This document shows, piece after piece, positions 19,580 through 31,800 of a stretch of DNA of 64,000 bases; the stretch's first letter is position 1; the number at the start of each line of letters is the position of its first letter. The DNA lies in contig NC_087245.1 of NCBI RefSeq assembly GCF_037042905.1, forward strand, positions 4,962,001 to 5,026,000, in the 5' to 3' direction. The stretch comes from Lytechinus pictus (taxonomy: Eukaryota). Under the pieces are notes generated by a model. That model saw only the letters and a program-made list of their open reading frames with translations. It did no database searches and was not told the DNA's origin. Made by a program: the position numbers and the translations under genes.

Positions 19580-21455
19580 TACTACTCGCTAATACGCAAC
19601 GAGCACAAACTTTACACATGCAATACATAGACAGGTATTCATAAAAAAATCTGACTCAAAATGGTGAAAAAATAATGAATTCAGGGCATTTCATGTGACG
19701 GCCTCAAAATACAGCCTTTCTCATCAAAATCCCCAAATCGTGTGCAAAGTGAATGAGTGCGCAGGCATGGGGTACCATTTTTTTTTCAATCTGAAAATGA
19801 CTGCCCAAGGTTTTTTCAAGAAAATCCTATATTTTCTTTCATTTTTTAATGAGAAATTTGGTGTACTTTCATTAATATAAGGAACATTATTAACCAAAAG
19901 ATTTTGTGAAAAAAGAAGAAATTCATGTTAAATCTTAACTCAAATTGTTAGGAACGCAGACTTGGGGCCCACCATCATACAGGTACATACCTACTTTATA
20001 CTGCCCAACTCCCCTAAAAGAAGGGGTCATGGGCAGGGCCAGGGGTAATAAAGTTAGTATTACTATACTATAGTATTATTTAATTTAAATATTAATTTAA
20101 AGTTCAAGTCCACTGAACTCTGAAGAAAAATGTTGATTTAGACAAAATAGCAAGTTAGATTGAAGAGAAAATGCTGAAAATTTCATATAATTGGATTGGT
20201 ATAGACAGAAACAGAAACAGAAACCACTCAAGGTTCCAACTCGGGCATCGTTCACAGGAAAGTGCAAGGCACAACACCCGCAAAGACATTGTGACATTGT
20301 CATTAGATTTTACAATACATTCCTAAATCCTAGTGAAATCACTTTTTGCTATGACACTACTTACCAAACGATGTGAATCCTTACTTTTCCTCTTGTTTGT
20401 CTCTCTATGAAAATAATACTATATAGATATAGATGATAAGATCTAGGCCTGTATTTCATTATTGATGCCAAAGAAGGTTGAATCACATATCCAGATTTTT
20501 CGCATATAGAGAGCTGCAAGAGGGCGTGCGATATTATTTAATTATAATACATAAGATTTATATAGCGCACTTTCCATCTTTTCATTTATACGTTGCTTGT
20601 TCACATCGGAAGTTGTATTGCTGGTTGTGTTCTAGGCGCTCAGCATTTTTACCGGTATTCCTCTTTTTTTTTTTCGCTGTCAAAAGATGGCGTAGACTAC
20701 TTCACCTTATAAGTTTTTACATAAGATGCAACCTATTGATTTTTTGTGTACAATTTCCTATTATGCACCGACGACTTGAATAGAGACTGTCGTGCTGGCG
20801 AAATGTTTTCACTCTTCCAAGTCAGTTCTATGATGTCATCAGGCTGGCTGATTCTTTTGCTACTTCCATCGCGATATTTGGCATATGATTCGACGATTGA
20901 CGGATATTTGTTCCAAAGCTGTTTCCTATCTGATTTCTTGGCACAATATGAACAGTTTTTTTGCTGTGGGGTTCGGTTCTGGTCATTATAATTTTGATAA
21001 TGACCAGAACCGAACGAACCCCACTGCAAAAAAATTGAAAGAGTCGATGATGTCCCTATTTTTGTTTTTATTGTTTATATAGAATATATTATATTTTTTT
21101 ACAAAAAGGACCCTCTTGATTAAGCCAAAAAATGTAAAGTAATTGCACGTGTTAAGGGAGGATTAAAACTATATTTCACAAGACAATGAGGAGATAATTA
21201 AAATATTACGTAAGAAATGGGAAATAGTTCTTAGAAAGTTATGACATTTGTAAATTTTGCTTGATTTCCCAAACAGTGATGTGCACGTCCATGGTCAGTA
21301 CGCAAATAGACTGATGACATCACCTACATGTACTCACTATTTTTTTTTTATCACATTTTTTTTCCCCACTTAAATGTACTAATGATGATTAATCATTGCA
21401 TGTTTTCCATCTTGATTTTCTAGGCCTTTGAAGTTTGGTGTAGACGCAATGTAGC

Positions 21456-21603
21456 ATGGGTGTAAGACGTCTTATCTGTTTCCGGAGACGAAGATGGTCA
21501 AGGTACTTGTGCCTGCTTGTTTTTGCCACAGTTATCTATTTCATCTTCCAGGGAACTTACTTGAGGGCACTCAACAATAACAGTGCAGATAAATTAGAAA
21601 TTG
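21456..21603 (+). CDS. PRKCSH-like: Glucosidase II beta-like protein, coding exon 1 (basic tail plus TM/signal anchor)
   Basis: MGVRRLICFRRRRWSRYLCLLVFATVIYFIFQGTYL...; donor gtaag at 21604; phase 1 joins the exon at 22430. Confidence 0.75.
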
Positions 21604-22429
21604 GTAAGAAATTACTAAGGTAACTAGTCCAAGGTCAGGATTAGCAAGCACCCATTTACTGACTATCACAATTGTGGTATTGATTTTCTTACAAGCACTG
21701 GTCAAGTAATCTGTATTTGTATTGTGTGAGGAAATAATTGTGCAAATCATCATTGGAATTATGCCGTTACAGTTTTGTGCTACAGTGGTCAATTACTGGT
21801 CATAACTTTCCACCACTCAAAATCTCCAACCAGTAATCAATGCAATTTGGTATCTGCCTGACCAGTACTAATTTCTCACTGACAAAGAATTTTTTTTATT
21901 CAATGTTAAATCCTCAAATTTGTGTAGTTTTCATTCCCCATTGGCAAGATGTTCAACTTCTTAAAATGTCTCTTTGTGACTACCTTCTGTGTCCTCCCTT
22001 AAAATATTTATGGGCTCACCTGAAGTTTTATTTTTTAAAATGATTTTTACTAAGCATGCAACAATCTCAGAATGCATTGTAGAGCAGTTCTCTCCAGAAA
22101 ATTAACTGATATTGGTAAAATATTTTTGTATCCGGGAAGCTCATTGGAATTTGAAAATATATATTGGAGAGGTTTATTACAAACCTTATTTCGTTCATTA
22201 CAAATATAAACAGATCTTTTATTTTTCTATTTGAAATATTAGGAATACTCAGATATTAGTCAAAATTCTAACAAACATGTCTAAAGTAATGATGCTAGTG
22301 TTTAAATCAATGATTAATGCAGAGATATTAATCCAAGAACAAATGAAATAAATTTCAAATAAAATCATTTTGCTATTTTTTTTTTTACTAATCAAGGTTT
22401 TAATAGTGAATGTTATGATTTGTTATAAG

Positions 22430-22646
22430 ATGGAGGAGATAGCATTAAAGTCAAGCATGAAAAATCACTTACTATCTTGGGAGTTCGATCAGATGACCTA
22501 TTACACTACGTACCAGACAAGGATGGATTGTTCCATTGTATTGATGGATCAGCTAAGGTTCCTATGATGGCTGTCAATGATGAGTACTGTGATTGTCCAT
22601 TGGATGGATCAGATGAACCTGGTACAGATGCTTGCCCACATGCAAG
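22430..22646 (+). CDS. PRKCSH-like: Glucosidase II beta-like, exon 2 (N-terminal LDLa-like Cys/Asp module)
   Basis: LGV...FHCIDGS...VNDEYCDCPLDGSDEPGTDACP matches the PRKCSH N-terminal signature; AG/GT boundaries. Confidence 0.9.
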
Positions 22647-22736
22647 GTGATTACAACATTCTAGTAGTTGTTTTGTTTCTTACATGGCATTGTATGTGTG
22701 CTATCTGAATGCACTGTGTGAGGGAAATGACAACAC

Positions 22737-23852
22737 TAGGGGAAGGCGAGGTAAGTTGAGCCTAAGGGTAAGTTGAGCCACCACCTCCAGGCCAGTTATG
22801 AATGAGTCAGACAGTGTGATTTTGTCATTTATTGATGACCCATTAGATAACCCCTAACCCCACCACATTGTTTTCAACATTGAAACGGAAAGTAGTTTTT
22901 CAGAGGGAAAAATACAAATTTAAGCCAAAATAGTAAGAAAGTGTAAAATAGATAAGTGCATTTAACCCACATGCATCTTTAAATATAATAAGGACATAAG
23001 ATGACAATTTTGTTAGTCCTGGGCCCCGTCTTACAAAGAGTTGTGATTGATCCAATCGATCGCAACTATGGACGGCCAGCAATGTCAACATCTATTATGC
23101 ATGTTTGTTCAAAATATTTTCTAGCTAGTATGATGTATATTCATGCATTCATCGTTGTCTTGAAATTCACTGTGCTTCTCTTTGTTTGCAAATTTCCTTT
23201 AGAAAAAATTATGACACTAATTTCCATAGAGTTACGATTAATGGGATCATAGGTCCATAATTGGATCAATCGTCACTCTTTGTAAGACGGGGCCCAGGTG
23301 TAGATCCTCATTCTTGACATAGTCTTTTACATGATGGGTGTATAAAAATAATGTGTGGATGTGAATATATCCCATGAAGTTCGGATTGGATTAGGTTGAG
23401 CCAGCCAACATGGGGCAAGTTGAGCCATGGTAAATCATATGGTAATGTATATAATATAGAAACAAACAAACTGTAAAAGGCCATTGATATGCAGGCAGAA
23501 GGAACCAAATTCACAAGACAGTTGTTCTACTTTTAGAGGATGTTAGTATTTATAGAGAATTAGCAAGTGAAAAGACTTTTAAATAAAAAACTGTCTTGCT
23601 GGTTCTTACCCCATAGCTTTTTGTGGCTCAACTTACCCCATGGGTGGGACAAGTTGAGCCATTTGACATCTTTTGTGTCAAAGGTGACATTGCCTTTCAG
23701 TGTTGGGGTAGAAAGTTTCATTTAGGTAAAAAAATGTTTCCCAAGAATTAAATTTTAATGCAAGGTAATTATTTCCACAAGATTATTATTCATATCAGCC
23801 TTACTTGCAAAAAGCAAAAAAAAAAAGGCTCATCTTACCCCGCCTTTCCCTA
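22737..23852. mobile_element. TA-flanked MITE (Tc1/mariner-type target) in an intron
   Basis: TA-ggggaaggcgaggtaagttgagcc ... ggctcatcttaccccgcctttccc-TA, with internal aagttgagcc repeats. Confidence 0.75.
23018..23298. mobile_element. MITE nested in the previous element
   Basis: cctgggccccgtcttacaaagag ... ctctttgtaagacggggcccagg, perfect TIRs of more than 20 bp. Confidence 0.8.
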
Positions 23853-25036
23853 TTTGATAACCTTTATCAATAAACTAAAACTTGAAGAAAACAAAAGAAT
23901 AAATAATTTTTGACCAATTGCATAAAGTCTGCCCTTATGTGGAAGTTAGTACCCTGATTTTAAAAAGAATATGAGAAACCTACCAATGAAGCCTTTTGTT
24001 CAAAATCATCAATAGATCAGGGTTAGGAACTTGCAGATTGTTTATTATGTAATCGTAATGAAAAAAATAATAATGAGAAATATTTCAAAATTACAGTTTA
24101 TTGAATTATTTGTATTTATTACATTATAGAAGAAAAGCTCCAATGTGATGTCACAGAAATTTCTTTAAAAATCATGAGTTTGTTATCTTTTGATGGAATT
24201 TTGTATAAAACTGTCTCTCATTTTGTGTTTTTATGAAACCAAAGGAACATGTATTGTAAAATAAAAACAGTTTTGAAGGATGTCAAATACTGTAAGGTTC
24301 TTGGGGTTTTTAATTACACGTATATGTAAGGTCATTGAGAATGTACAGTAGTTCAACTACAATAACGACACCAGAACAATTAGATAAACCTAAAGAATTG
24401 GATTTTACATAATGATTAAACAACTTCAAAAAAATTGTGTTCAATTTTCTTCACTTCAGATTTGGAGCAAAGGACAGGCTTTATTTTCCTCCCAACATAC
24501 AGTTCAATATAAAATCTCATTTAACGTGTGCATTTTATACAGATAATCAACTCAAATGGTTTCTATGAACTCATGATCACAAAACATTATGAAATGGATA
24601 CCCACATTGATTTACCTTAGTATAAACAGCTGCTCAACTGCAAAGTATTTGCCTTGGAGCATTCGATGTTTGTGTTATTATTTATTCCATTCCTAGAAAA
24701 TTCCATTTTAGTGGTAAAAGGTTTGTTTTATATGTTTCCTGTTTATTTATTCAATTGATCTATACTGATAATATTCTTCCTTCTATTTGTAATTATTCTT
24801 CAAGGAGGGCAGTGACATTTTTATTGGCGTAGTGTTTAGTCTTTGTACAGTTGTACTTATAATTTGTTACACAGAAGTGAGAAAAAAATACATAATGTAA
24901 CAATTGCTATTTCAGTCATTACAGTGGCTTTATTCTTTATCAGAAAAGAAGAATATTTTGCAGCATAAGACTTCTATCCTCACTTTCCTGTCGACATATT
25001 TGTGTTATAATGTTATTTGTTGATAATTTTCCTCAG

Positions 25037-25155
25037 GTTTTACTGTGAGCACAACAACAAATTCTTGCCATCTGGTAAGGTGAATGATGGTATATGCGAT
25101 TGCTGTGATGGAAGTGATGAGTGGAAAATTGGCCTCGGATCAGTAAAGGTCAAAG
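25037..25155 (+). CDS. PRKCSH-like: Glucosidase II beta-like, exon 3
   Basis: [28 protein letters not shown] signature; acceptor ttttcctcag; phases consistent. Confidence 0.92.
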
Positions 25156-25889
25156 GTCAGTAAACAAAATATCCACCAATATGTCCCTCATATCATATAC
25201 GAATTGAAAAGAATGGAAAGAAACAAAAGATCAGGGGATTTTTCACATGAGATTTGCCTAAGAGTTTGAGGTTATGCTTGTGTCAAATTTCTTATGAAAT
25301 ATTACTGATCTGAATATATGGTATATATATGTTACCTGGTATTTTTATGAAAGACCTTAAGGTAGAAATTCAAAGTTATTTAAAAAGAAAATGTAATCAG
25401 AAGAGACTTGATTTAAAACAGCTCTCAAAAGTTATTTCAATCCTTAAGTTCCTGTTTCAGGACTTCTTATCTTATTTATGTATATTTGTGTATGTGACGA
25501 ACGATTGTAAATATCATATGAACAAATAAAGTCCCTCTTATGAGGATTTTAAAGAAAAAAGAGGTCGCCTGATACACTTTTCATGAGAATTACAATTATA
25601 ACTTCTTTATTATTGTAAGAAACCTTGATGGTTGGTTGGAGTAACATTGAGAAATAAATATTAACAAATGGGGAAGAATCAACATCAAGATACAGATTAG
25701 AAGATATAGAAAAACCAGAATATGAAGGTGAAGTATGAGGGAGGAGGGGAGACTTAAAGGAAATGTTTGCTCTTGTGAATGATGGGACTATGTATCATGG
25801 AAGAAAGACATTACTTTTTCATTCTTTCTGACATTGATAAGAAATATTTGGATTTGCCTCAACAGTTCAGGTTTGATTTTGCTTGATAG

Positions 25890-26047
25890 GTTTTCCTTTG
25901 AGTGATGTCATTCAACATGCACCATGTGTGGATACATGCAGCAAACTAGTAGACAGGGAGAGAGAAGATCAGAGAGTACGTCAGATAGGGTTACGTTTAA
26001 AACAACAGTATATAGCTAGAGCACAGGGTCATTTGTCTAAAAATTCA
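25890..26047 (+). CDS. PRKCSH-like: Glucosidase II beta-like, exon 4 (C-x3-C plus short coiled coil)
   Basis: APCVDTCSKLVDREREDQRVRQIGLRLKQQYI; donor gtaagt. Confidence 0.85.
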
Positions 26048-26175
26048 GTAAGTAAAACATTTTCTTTTAGTCTTCTTACACCTTTCCATTAATTTGTTGT
26101 ATTTGTGATCTGATTGTGCACATAGTATGTATGCAGATGAATGGAATCTTGGGGGAATGTGGGTTGTTATGAACA

Positions 26176-26380
26176 TCACAATCATCATCATCGCCTCACA
26201 ATAACCATCATCATCACCACCATTATCACCATCATCATCATCACCATCATCACCATCATCATCATCACCATCATCACCATCACCACCATTACCATCATCA
26301 TTATCACCATTATCATCATCATCACAATCATCATCATATTCGTCAATCATCAGTTTAATAGCACCATTATCATTATCATT
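26176..26380 (+). repeat. (CAT/CAC)n trinucleotide microsatellite
   Basis: Run of catcatcaccat... triplets. Confidence 0.9.
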
Positions 26381-26588
26381 ACCTCTGATGTTTGCTGATT
26401 CCAAAATTTAATACAAAAAGCAAAGACAAAACACCTGAAAGCACAATTCAGTTTTATTGCATGCATGATGAAAGTGTCAGAAAATTGAATTAGTTATCCA
26501 TCAATACCCATTGGTATTTTTAGAGAGAATGTACAAAATACATGGATATAGGGAATGCTTTTCATTGTTTCTTTGTTATTGTGCACAG

Positions 26589-26828
26589 CAAGATATTTAT
26601 GGCAAGCAGGGAGAATTTTACCAACTGAGCAAAGAGTGCTTTGATCATGCTGAATATGCAGCATCCTACCATATCTGCCCCTTCCAAAAAGTAGAACAGA
26701 CACAGAATGGTCACATGTTCAAGTTAGGCAGCAAAGGACAGTGGGATACCAGTCGGGTGGACAAGCTGGTCTTGGTCATGATGGGCGGAGACAGGAGAGG
26801 ATGTCCAGGTGACGGTCGCAGGACAGAG
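26589..26828 (+). CDS. PRKCSH-like: Glucosidase II beta-like, exon 5 (MRH domain, first part)
   Basis: YGKQGEFYQLSKECF...YHICPFQKVEQ...LG...W...GCPGDGRRTE; acceptor gcacag, donor gtgaga. Confidence 0.9.
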
Positions 26829-27724
26829 GTGAGAAATAATACTCTGTGTCCCTTTCTGTGTTATGGTAGTTATAATGATAATAGTTCAGGTAGAGAAAAG
26901 TGAGGAGAGACAGAGAGGAAGAAGAATATGAAAAGAAGTATTATGATTAACCTACGAGTTCCTTACCAGTATCTGGATCCCTTGGATAATAGCCTTGTTT
27001 GGCACAGAAGTTCTATTCTGACCATGTAGATAGTGAATGACAGAACATGAAATAAGATTATTTCTTGTTTGTGATCAGGCCTCTAACCCACAAAATACTC
27101 GTAGGATAATTTTTAAATGAGGACTGATTCTGAGAGCAGAGATTTTTATCATAAACATTAATTCACTCAATTGCATTCTAAGGTCCTAACCAGGTATAGA
27201 ACAGTTCTTTTCAAAATAGATGAATTAAAAAGGCAGCAGTCTTTCGTTATGTTTGTTAATCTCTTCAGCCAAGTTAACAAAAGTTGGATTAAAACCTGTG
27301 TCCCCGAAGCTATTTATTTGATTGTCTTGAATCTTAACAAACTGATTAAAGTACATCTGTTTCTTCATTAAATGCTAACAAACTTTCAATACAAGAGTTG
27401 TAGGGGATCAAAGAGAGATAGGTATTTAGGTTATATAAAGTCCAGATACTCTAGATAAAACGTAGGCTATATACTACGATGAACACTCTTTCAGAATATC
27501 CTATCATAAAATTCGACCAAGCCAATAAAAGATGGCTCTATTGAGTTCATAATTAAAATTACACTGTGCAGATTATTGGTGTACAAAGCAAGGCCATCCA
27601 TCAAAGTGTAGCCATATCTCATTCATGGCTCCTTGTTACCTAATCTGTGGCATATTGATGAGTTAGATTGTACCACTGGTCTTCTATGATTGCTCACCTA
27701 TTGAACATTTCTTCTATTTGCACA

Positions 27725-28738
27725 TATAGCGGGGTGGAAAATAGAGATTTGTTTGTTTTGGTAAAAAATTTGTTTGCCTTCTGACTTGCACTGTTTACAT
27801 TCCATAATGTGTAAATTTCAGTTGTCATCTTTCTGGGTCAAGCTGGCGTTTGGAATGTGGGAGTGAAATGTAAACGAATGCAAACTGAATGGTTGCTAGG
27901 CGTTTGGGCTGTCTTGGATTTAGGATTAGTATTTTGGGGGACTCAATGGATTTGGAAGAGTTGAATTGAATACTGAATGGAATTTATGGACGGACCAGCT
28001 GAACTTAGATATCTTTCTATTCTGCTTCTGATTTCCTGTTCTCCGGCTCGCTTGCATTCTTCAGTGACTAGAGAGAGAGAGAACAGGTGTGAGTGAGAGA
28101 TAACTGAGTTGTAAGACACTAGAGTCGTAGAACGAGAGAATTTGAGTGAGAGAGTGCATGCAATGAGAGAGCTGTAGTTGAGTGGTTAAAGTGTGAGAGT
28201 CGCAGGGGGAAAAAGGTTGATCGAGAGAGCAGTTGGGGGAGTGGTGAAGAGAGAGTTACGTAAGAGGGAAGAATAATGGAAAGCCGAAGAACTTGAATTT
28301 TGGAATCAGAGTACGCACATTAATTAGTTCCATTTTATAAACTGATATTACAGGCGGATTAATTTGGCGCATTGCACCAAAAATGATATGACCGATTTGG
28401 GGAAGGGTTTTCTCGCCACGTGGCATTTGAGCCAAGAAGGATAAAAAGGGCATGTGCCAACTCGGGCAGGGTAGTTCTTTTCATTCACGATTTGTTTGCT
28501 GCCGTAGGCCATGTCGGTTTAGCTATACCCCATTGTCGGTCGTCTAGCCCAGAGATGCGATGTTATTTTACTACACCAGCTTGTTGATCTGACATTGATT
28601 AAAAATAAACACATCATGTACAACTTTACTTCATCTCTTCGTTCGAACTTGTCATTTTTCGACTCCGTCTTTCTTTGTACATAGGCAGGGCAAGACGGTG
28701 GGCGGCCACCGGCCGTCTCGCAGAGCTGCCCTGCTACA
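27725..28738 (+). mobile_element. Solo LTR (Gypsy-type) in the last intron
   Basis: Termini tatagcgggg...ccctgctaca (TG..CA with one change), 4-bp TSD caca on both sides, aataaa near 28604. Confidence 0.65.
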
Positions 28739-28872
28739 CACAGAAGAAAATTAATTCCTAAATTAGAATAGAAATTTTAAAATGTATTATTATGATGTTA
28801 TGATTATTCAATTTTTTTCTAGTGTGTATATTTTTGTCTAATATTCTATTTTTTCACTCTTTCTCATTGCAG

Positions 28873-28971
28873 ATTGAATTCTCATGTGGTCTGAGTAACT
28901 CTATTACTAAGCTATTTGAAGAGGCAAAGTGTGTTTACACTGTTCACTTTCTGACCCCTGCTGCTTGCTGA
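28873..28971 (+). CDS. PRKCSH-like: Glucosidase II beta-like, last exon (end of MRH domain)
   Basis: IEFSCGLSNSITKLFEEAKCVYTVHFLTPAAC*, the typical MRH C-terminus; no HDEL/KDEL. Confidence 0.9.
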   Translation: MEFSCGLSNSITKLFEEAKCVYTVHFLTPAAC

Positions 28972-29840
28972 CGAATAATTTAATTATACAAATGAAATGA
29001 ATTTGCCAAAGTCATTCCACATATTGTTATCAAACAATTGAATTTAATTACCTTAATATGAATTACATTAGTGAGGGCACTAGTAGGATCATTGGATGTA
29101 TAAGGTACCTTTGAGATAGTTCTTGCTGGCCTAAGGCATGGCCAAGAATAGTTTGATTATATCAAAGGTACTGACTGTGGGTAATTGTACTACTGCCCTG
29201 GTGAAATGATGCCTACTATTTGTTTTATAAGATCATGATAGGCTCCTTGCTATTTGATAAACAACCTTTATCTCAAAACTATGAATGTTCATGATAATCA
29301 GCTTATGACTGCTTATATCTGGTTGTCTATGAAATTATGCATCTAGCATAATAACTGTCCTCATATTTCCGCTCTCACCTTAAATGAGTAGGATATATTC
29401 TCATAGAAAGGAAACAAACTAGAGGTAGACTGAATAAGTTTTAGCTTCAGTTTTTCAATATTAAAAGATAATTTAAGTCCTTTTCCCTAAAAAAAAATAA
29501 TTCTAAGAATTGTAGTAACAATAAAATGTGAATTTTTGTGTTATTAGTATTGAAATACATGTAAGTGATGATAATTTCTATTAATTCAATATTATCCCTT
29601 ATTTTCAGGGGGGGGGTGAGGGCTTTGTTCATAAATATTTTAAAACTCATAAGCATCCCTTATTAAATTACTAATACTACTGCTGCTGCTATGACTGCCA
29701 CAAGTGTCGCTGCTATTTCATCAACTATGCATACTTCAAATACAAATATACTACCATGTGTTAAGCAGCCCCCTGATGTTTTTTATAGTGATTTTATTCA
29801 AGTTTAAACAATGTGCCTTATTTTTGTCTTGAGGAATGTG

Positions 29841-30431
29841 TTAAAGGAGAATGAAACTCTAGGAGCAATTTAGCTTTTGTGAAAGCAGAAAAATCAAAGA
29901 ATAAGATCAACAAAAGTTTGAGTAAAATAGGACTAGCAATAGAAGAGTTATGAGCATTTGAATGTCGAGATCACTAATGCTATGGAGATCCTCCCATTGG
30001 CAACGCAACCAAGATCTATGATATCACAGATGAACAACTCTCCCCTTTGGACACTGAAAATATACCCCAAAACATCTCTTTTTGCTCTTTCTAATCATAT
30101 GACAAACGATTCATCAATGATATAATGTTGTGAAACCTCTGTACTTGTCCTCACATAAAGAGAACACCTCACCTTGTGATAGATTCTATAAAAGTGAGAA
30201 TATAAGTGAAATAAGTACTAAAGCAATGAGGGAGTTGTTCGTGTGTGACATCACAGATCTTGGTCGTATTGCCAATGGGAGGATCTACATGGCATTAGTG
30301 ATCTCAATATTCAAATGCTCATAACTTTCTTATTATTCATTCAATCTTCCTCAAACTTTCAACAATATGTTTCTTTGATTTTTCTCTTTGATATGGATTC
30401 AGCTGGTTTCAAGGGTTTCATTCTCCTTTAA
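29841..30431. mobile_element. Kolobok-like MITE, family A
   Basis: TTAA-aggagaatgaaac ... gtttcattctcct-TTAA; internally similar to 12990-13579. Confidence 0.85.
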
Positions 30432-31723
30432 TAGCTGCTTTGAATTTTATATTTCTAATGCCAGTTGAAGTCAGTATATTTTTCAAAGATATGTTAAACA
30501 AGGGACAGGGTCGATTCGAAATTCAAAATTAAGTGATGTAAATTTGAAGATATGAATGGTATTGGAATGAAGAATTTTCAATTAATTTGAGACTATTCAC
30601 TTCAAGTCAGTTACTTCATTCTGTGGGAATTTGAATTTAACTGAGCAGCCCTTCAGATTGATTCAAATTATGAAGAATAAAATGCCGTAATTTTATAAAT
30701 TGCATTTTTATATTTCAAAACTGGCCCAGGATCAACACATTCCGTTCAACTGATTTTTTTTTCAAAAATCATAGGTCAAATTATGAAAACTATCAGAATC
30801 TCTCATGATATAATAAGACCATGAGCAACTTTGACGATTCCTTATGTTTTACAATTTTTTACAGCTAATGTTATTCAATCATGCAAAAAGATAAATAATA
30901 TACCCATTATTGTTTGGTATGAATCCAAATGTATTGAAATCAAGAACATAGCTAATTCTTATTTCCAACCCTTTTCAATTATCACATTTGATAGTCTATA
31001 TCTATTGTAATGAAATATAAAACAGGTGGTTTTATAGAACTAGCAATGATCAATTTGAAGGAACTTCAACAGTCAAGTTTAGCTTTCTCATTTTGTTTCC
31101 TATATTGCAAATATAAAGAGTCTATCTTCAAAAGATTTGCTTGAATGAAATCTATTTTTTGTTAAATACTATTTTCTATAAGAGCCCTTCAATCTACATG
31201 TATATCTCCAAAAACTATGCATATGTGTTTAAGAAAAGAGTTGCTTCTTACACTATACCCCAAGGTGAACAGTCATATTTCATTTAATACGAATAGCATT
31301 CAAAATATTTTCATGAAATTATTGATACATTACAATTTTTCAGTATTATTGTGGAAACCTTGCCAGTATAGCCATGATCAATTTAAGTTTTCATCAGATG
31401 GAAAATGTGTAGAAATCTGTGTATGTAATACTGATAGTATATTGCGAAGTATTTATGAAAAAGCAATAAAAAAGAGCTTGTTGAATAGTATGAAATTTTT
31501 ACTGTACTATTCCAGTCATTGAACATATCTTTAGAACAATGACAATATCTCATGTAAAATTTCTGGTGTTTTTAATTATAAGCAATAGCAAATTTGGGTA
31601 AAATAGTAATACAAGATAAAGGAGCCTCTCCTAAAGCCTTTGATTTTGATGATTGCAAAATGTAAACTAATCAAATTCACCAAGGGTCGGTTCATCTAAG
31701 AAAATCACTCATTTAATATCTAT

Positions 31724-31800
31724 CAATAATAATAATAATGTCATATTTTACCCAGGGAAGCCACTTCAGTTCTGAAAACTTCTACCAGCGGGCCCTGCTT
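31724..31800 (-). mobile_element. SINE/LINE 3' tail fragment
   Basis: Reverse complement reads cagggcccgctggtagaag...gaactgaagtggcttccctgggtaaaatatgacattattattatt, ending in a (TTA)n tail. Confidence 0.45.

Noticed and set aside
20478..21082. Coding exon of the PRKCSH-like gene
   Set aside because: Overlapping short ORFs with no family motif and no consistent splice phase. The ATG exon at 21456 explains the N-terminus.
26045..26404. Asp/Gly-rich or Ile/Thr-rich ORFs, or the missing acidic exon of PRKCSH
   Set aside because: Intronic trinucleotide microsatellite. The acidic reading is on the opposite strand to the gene.
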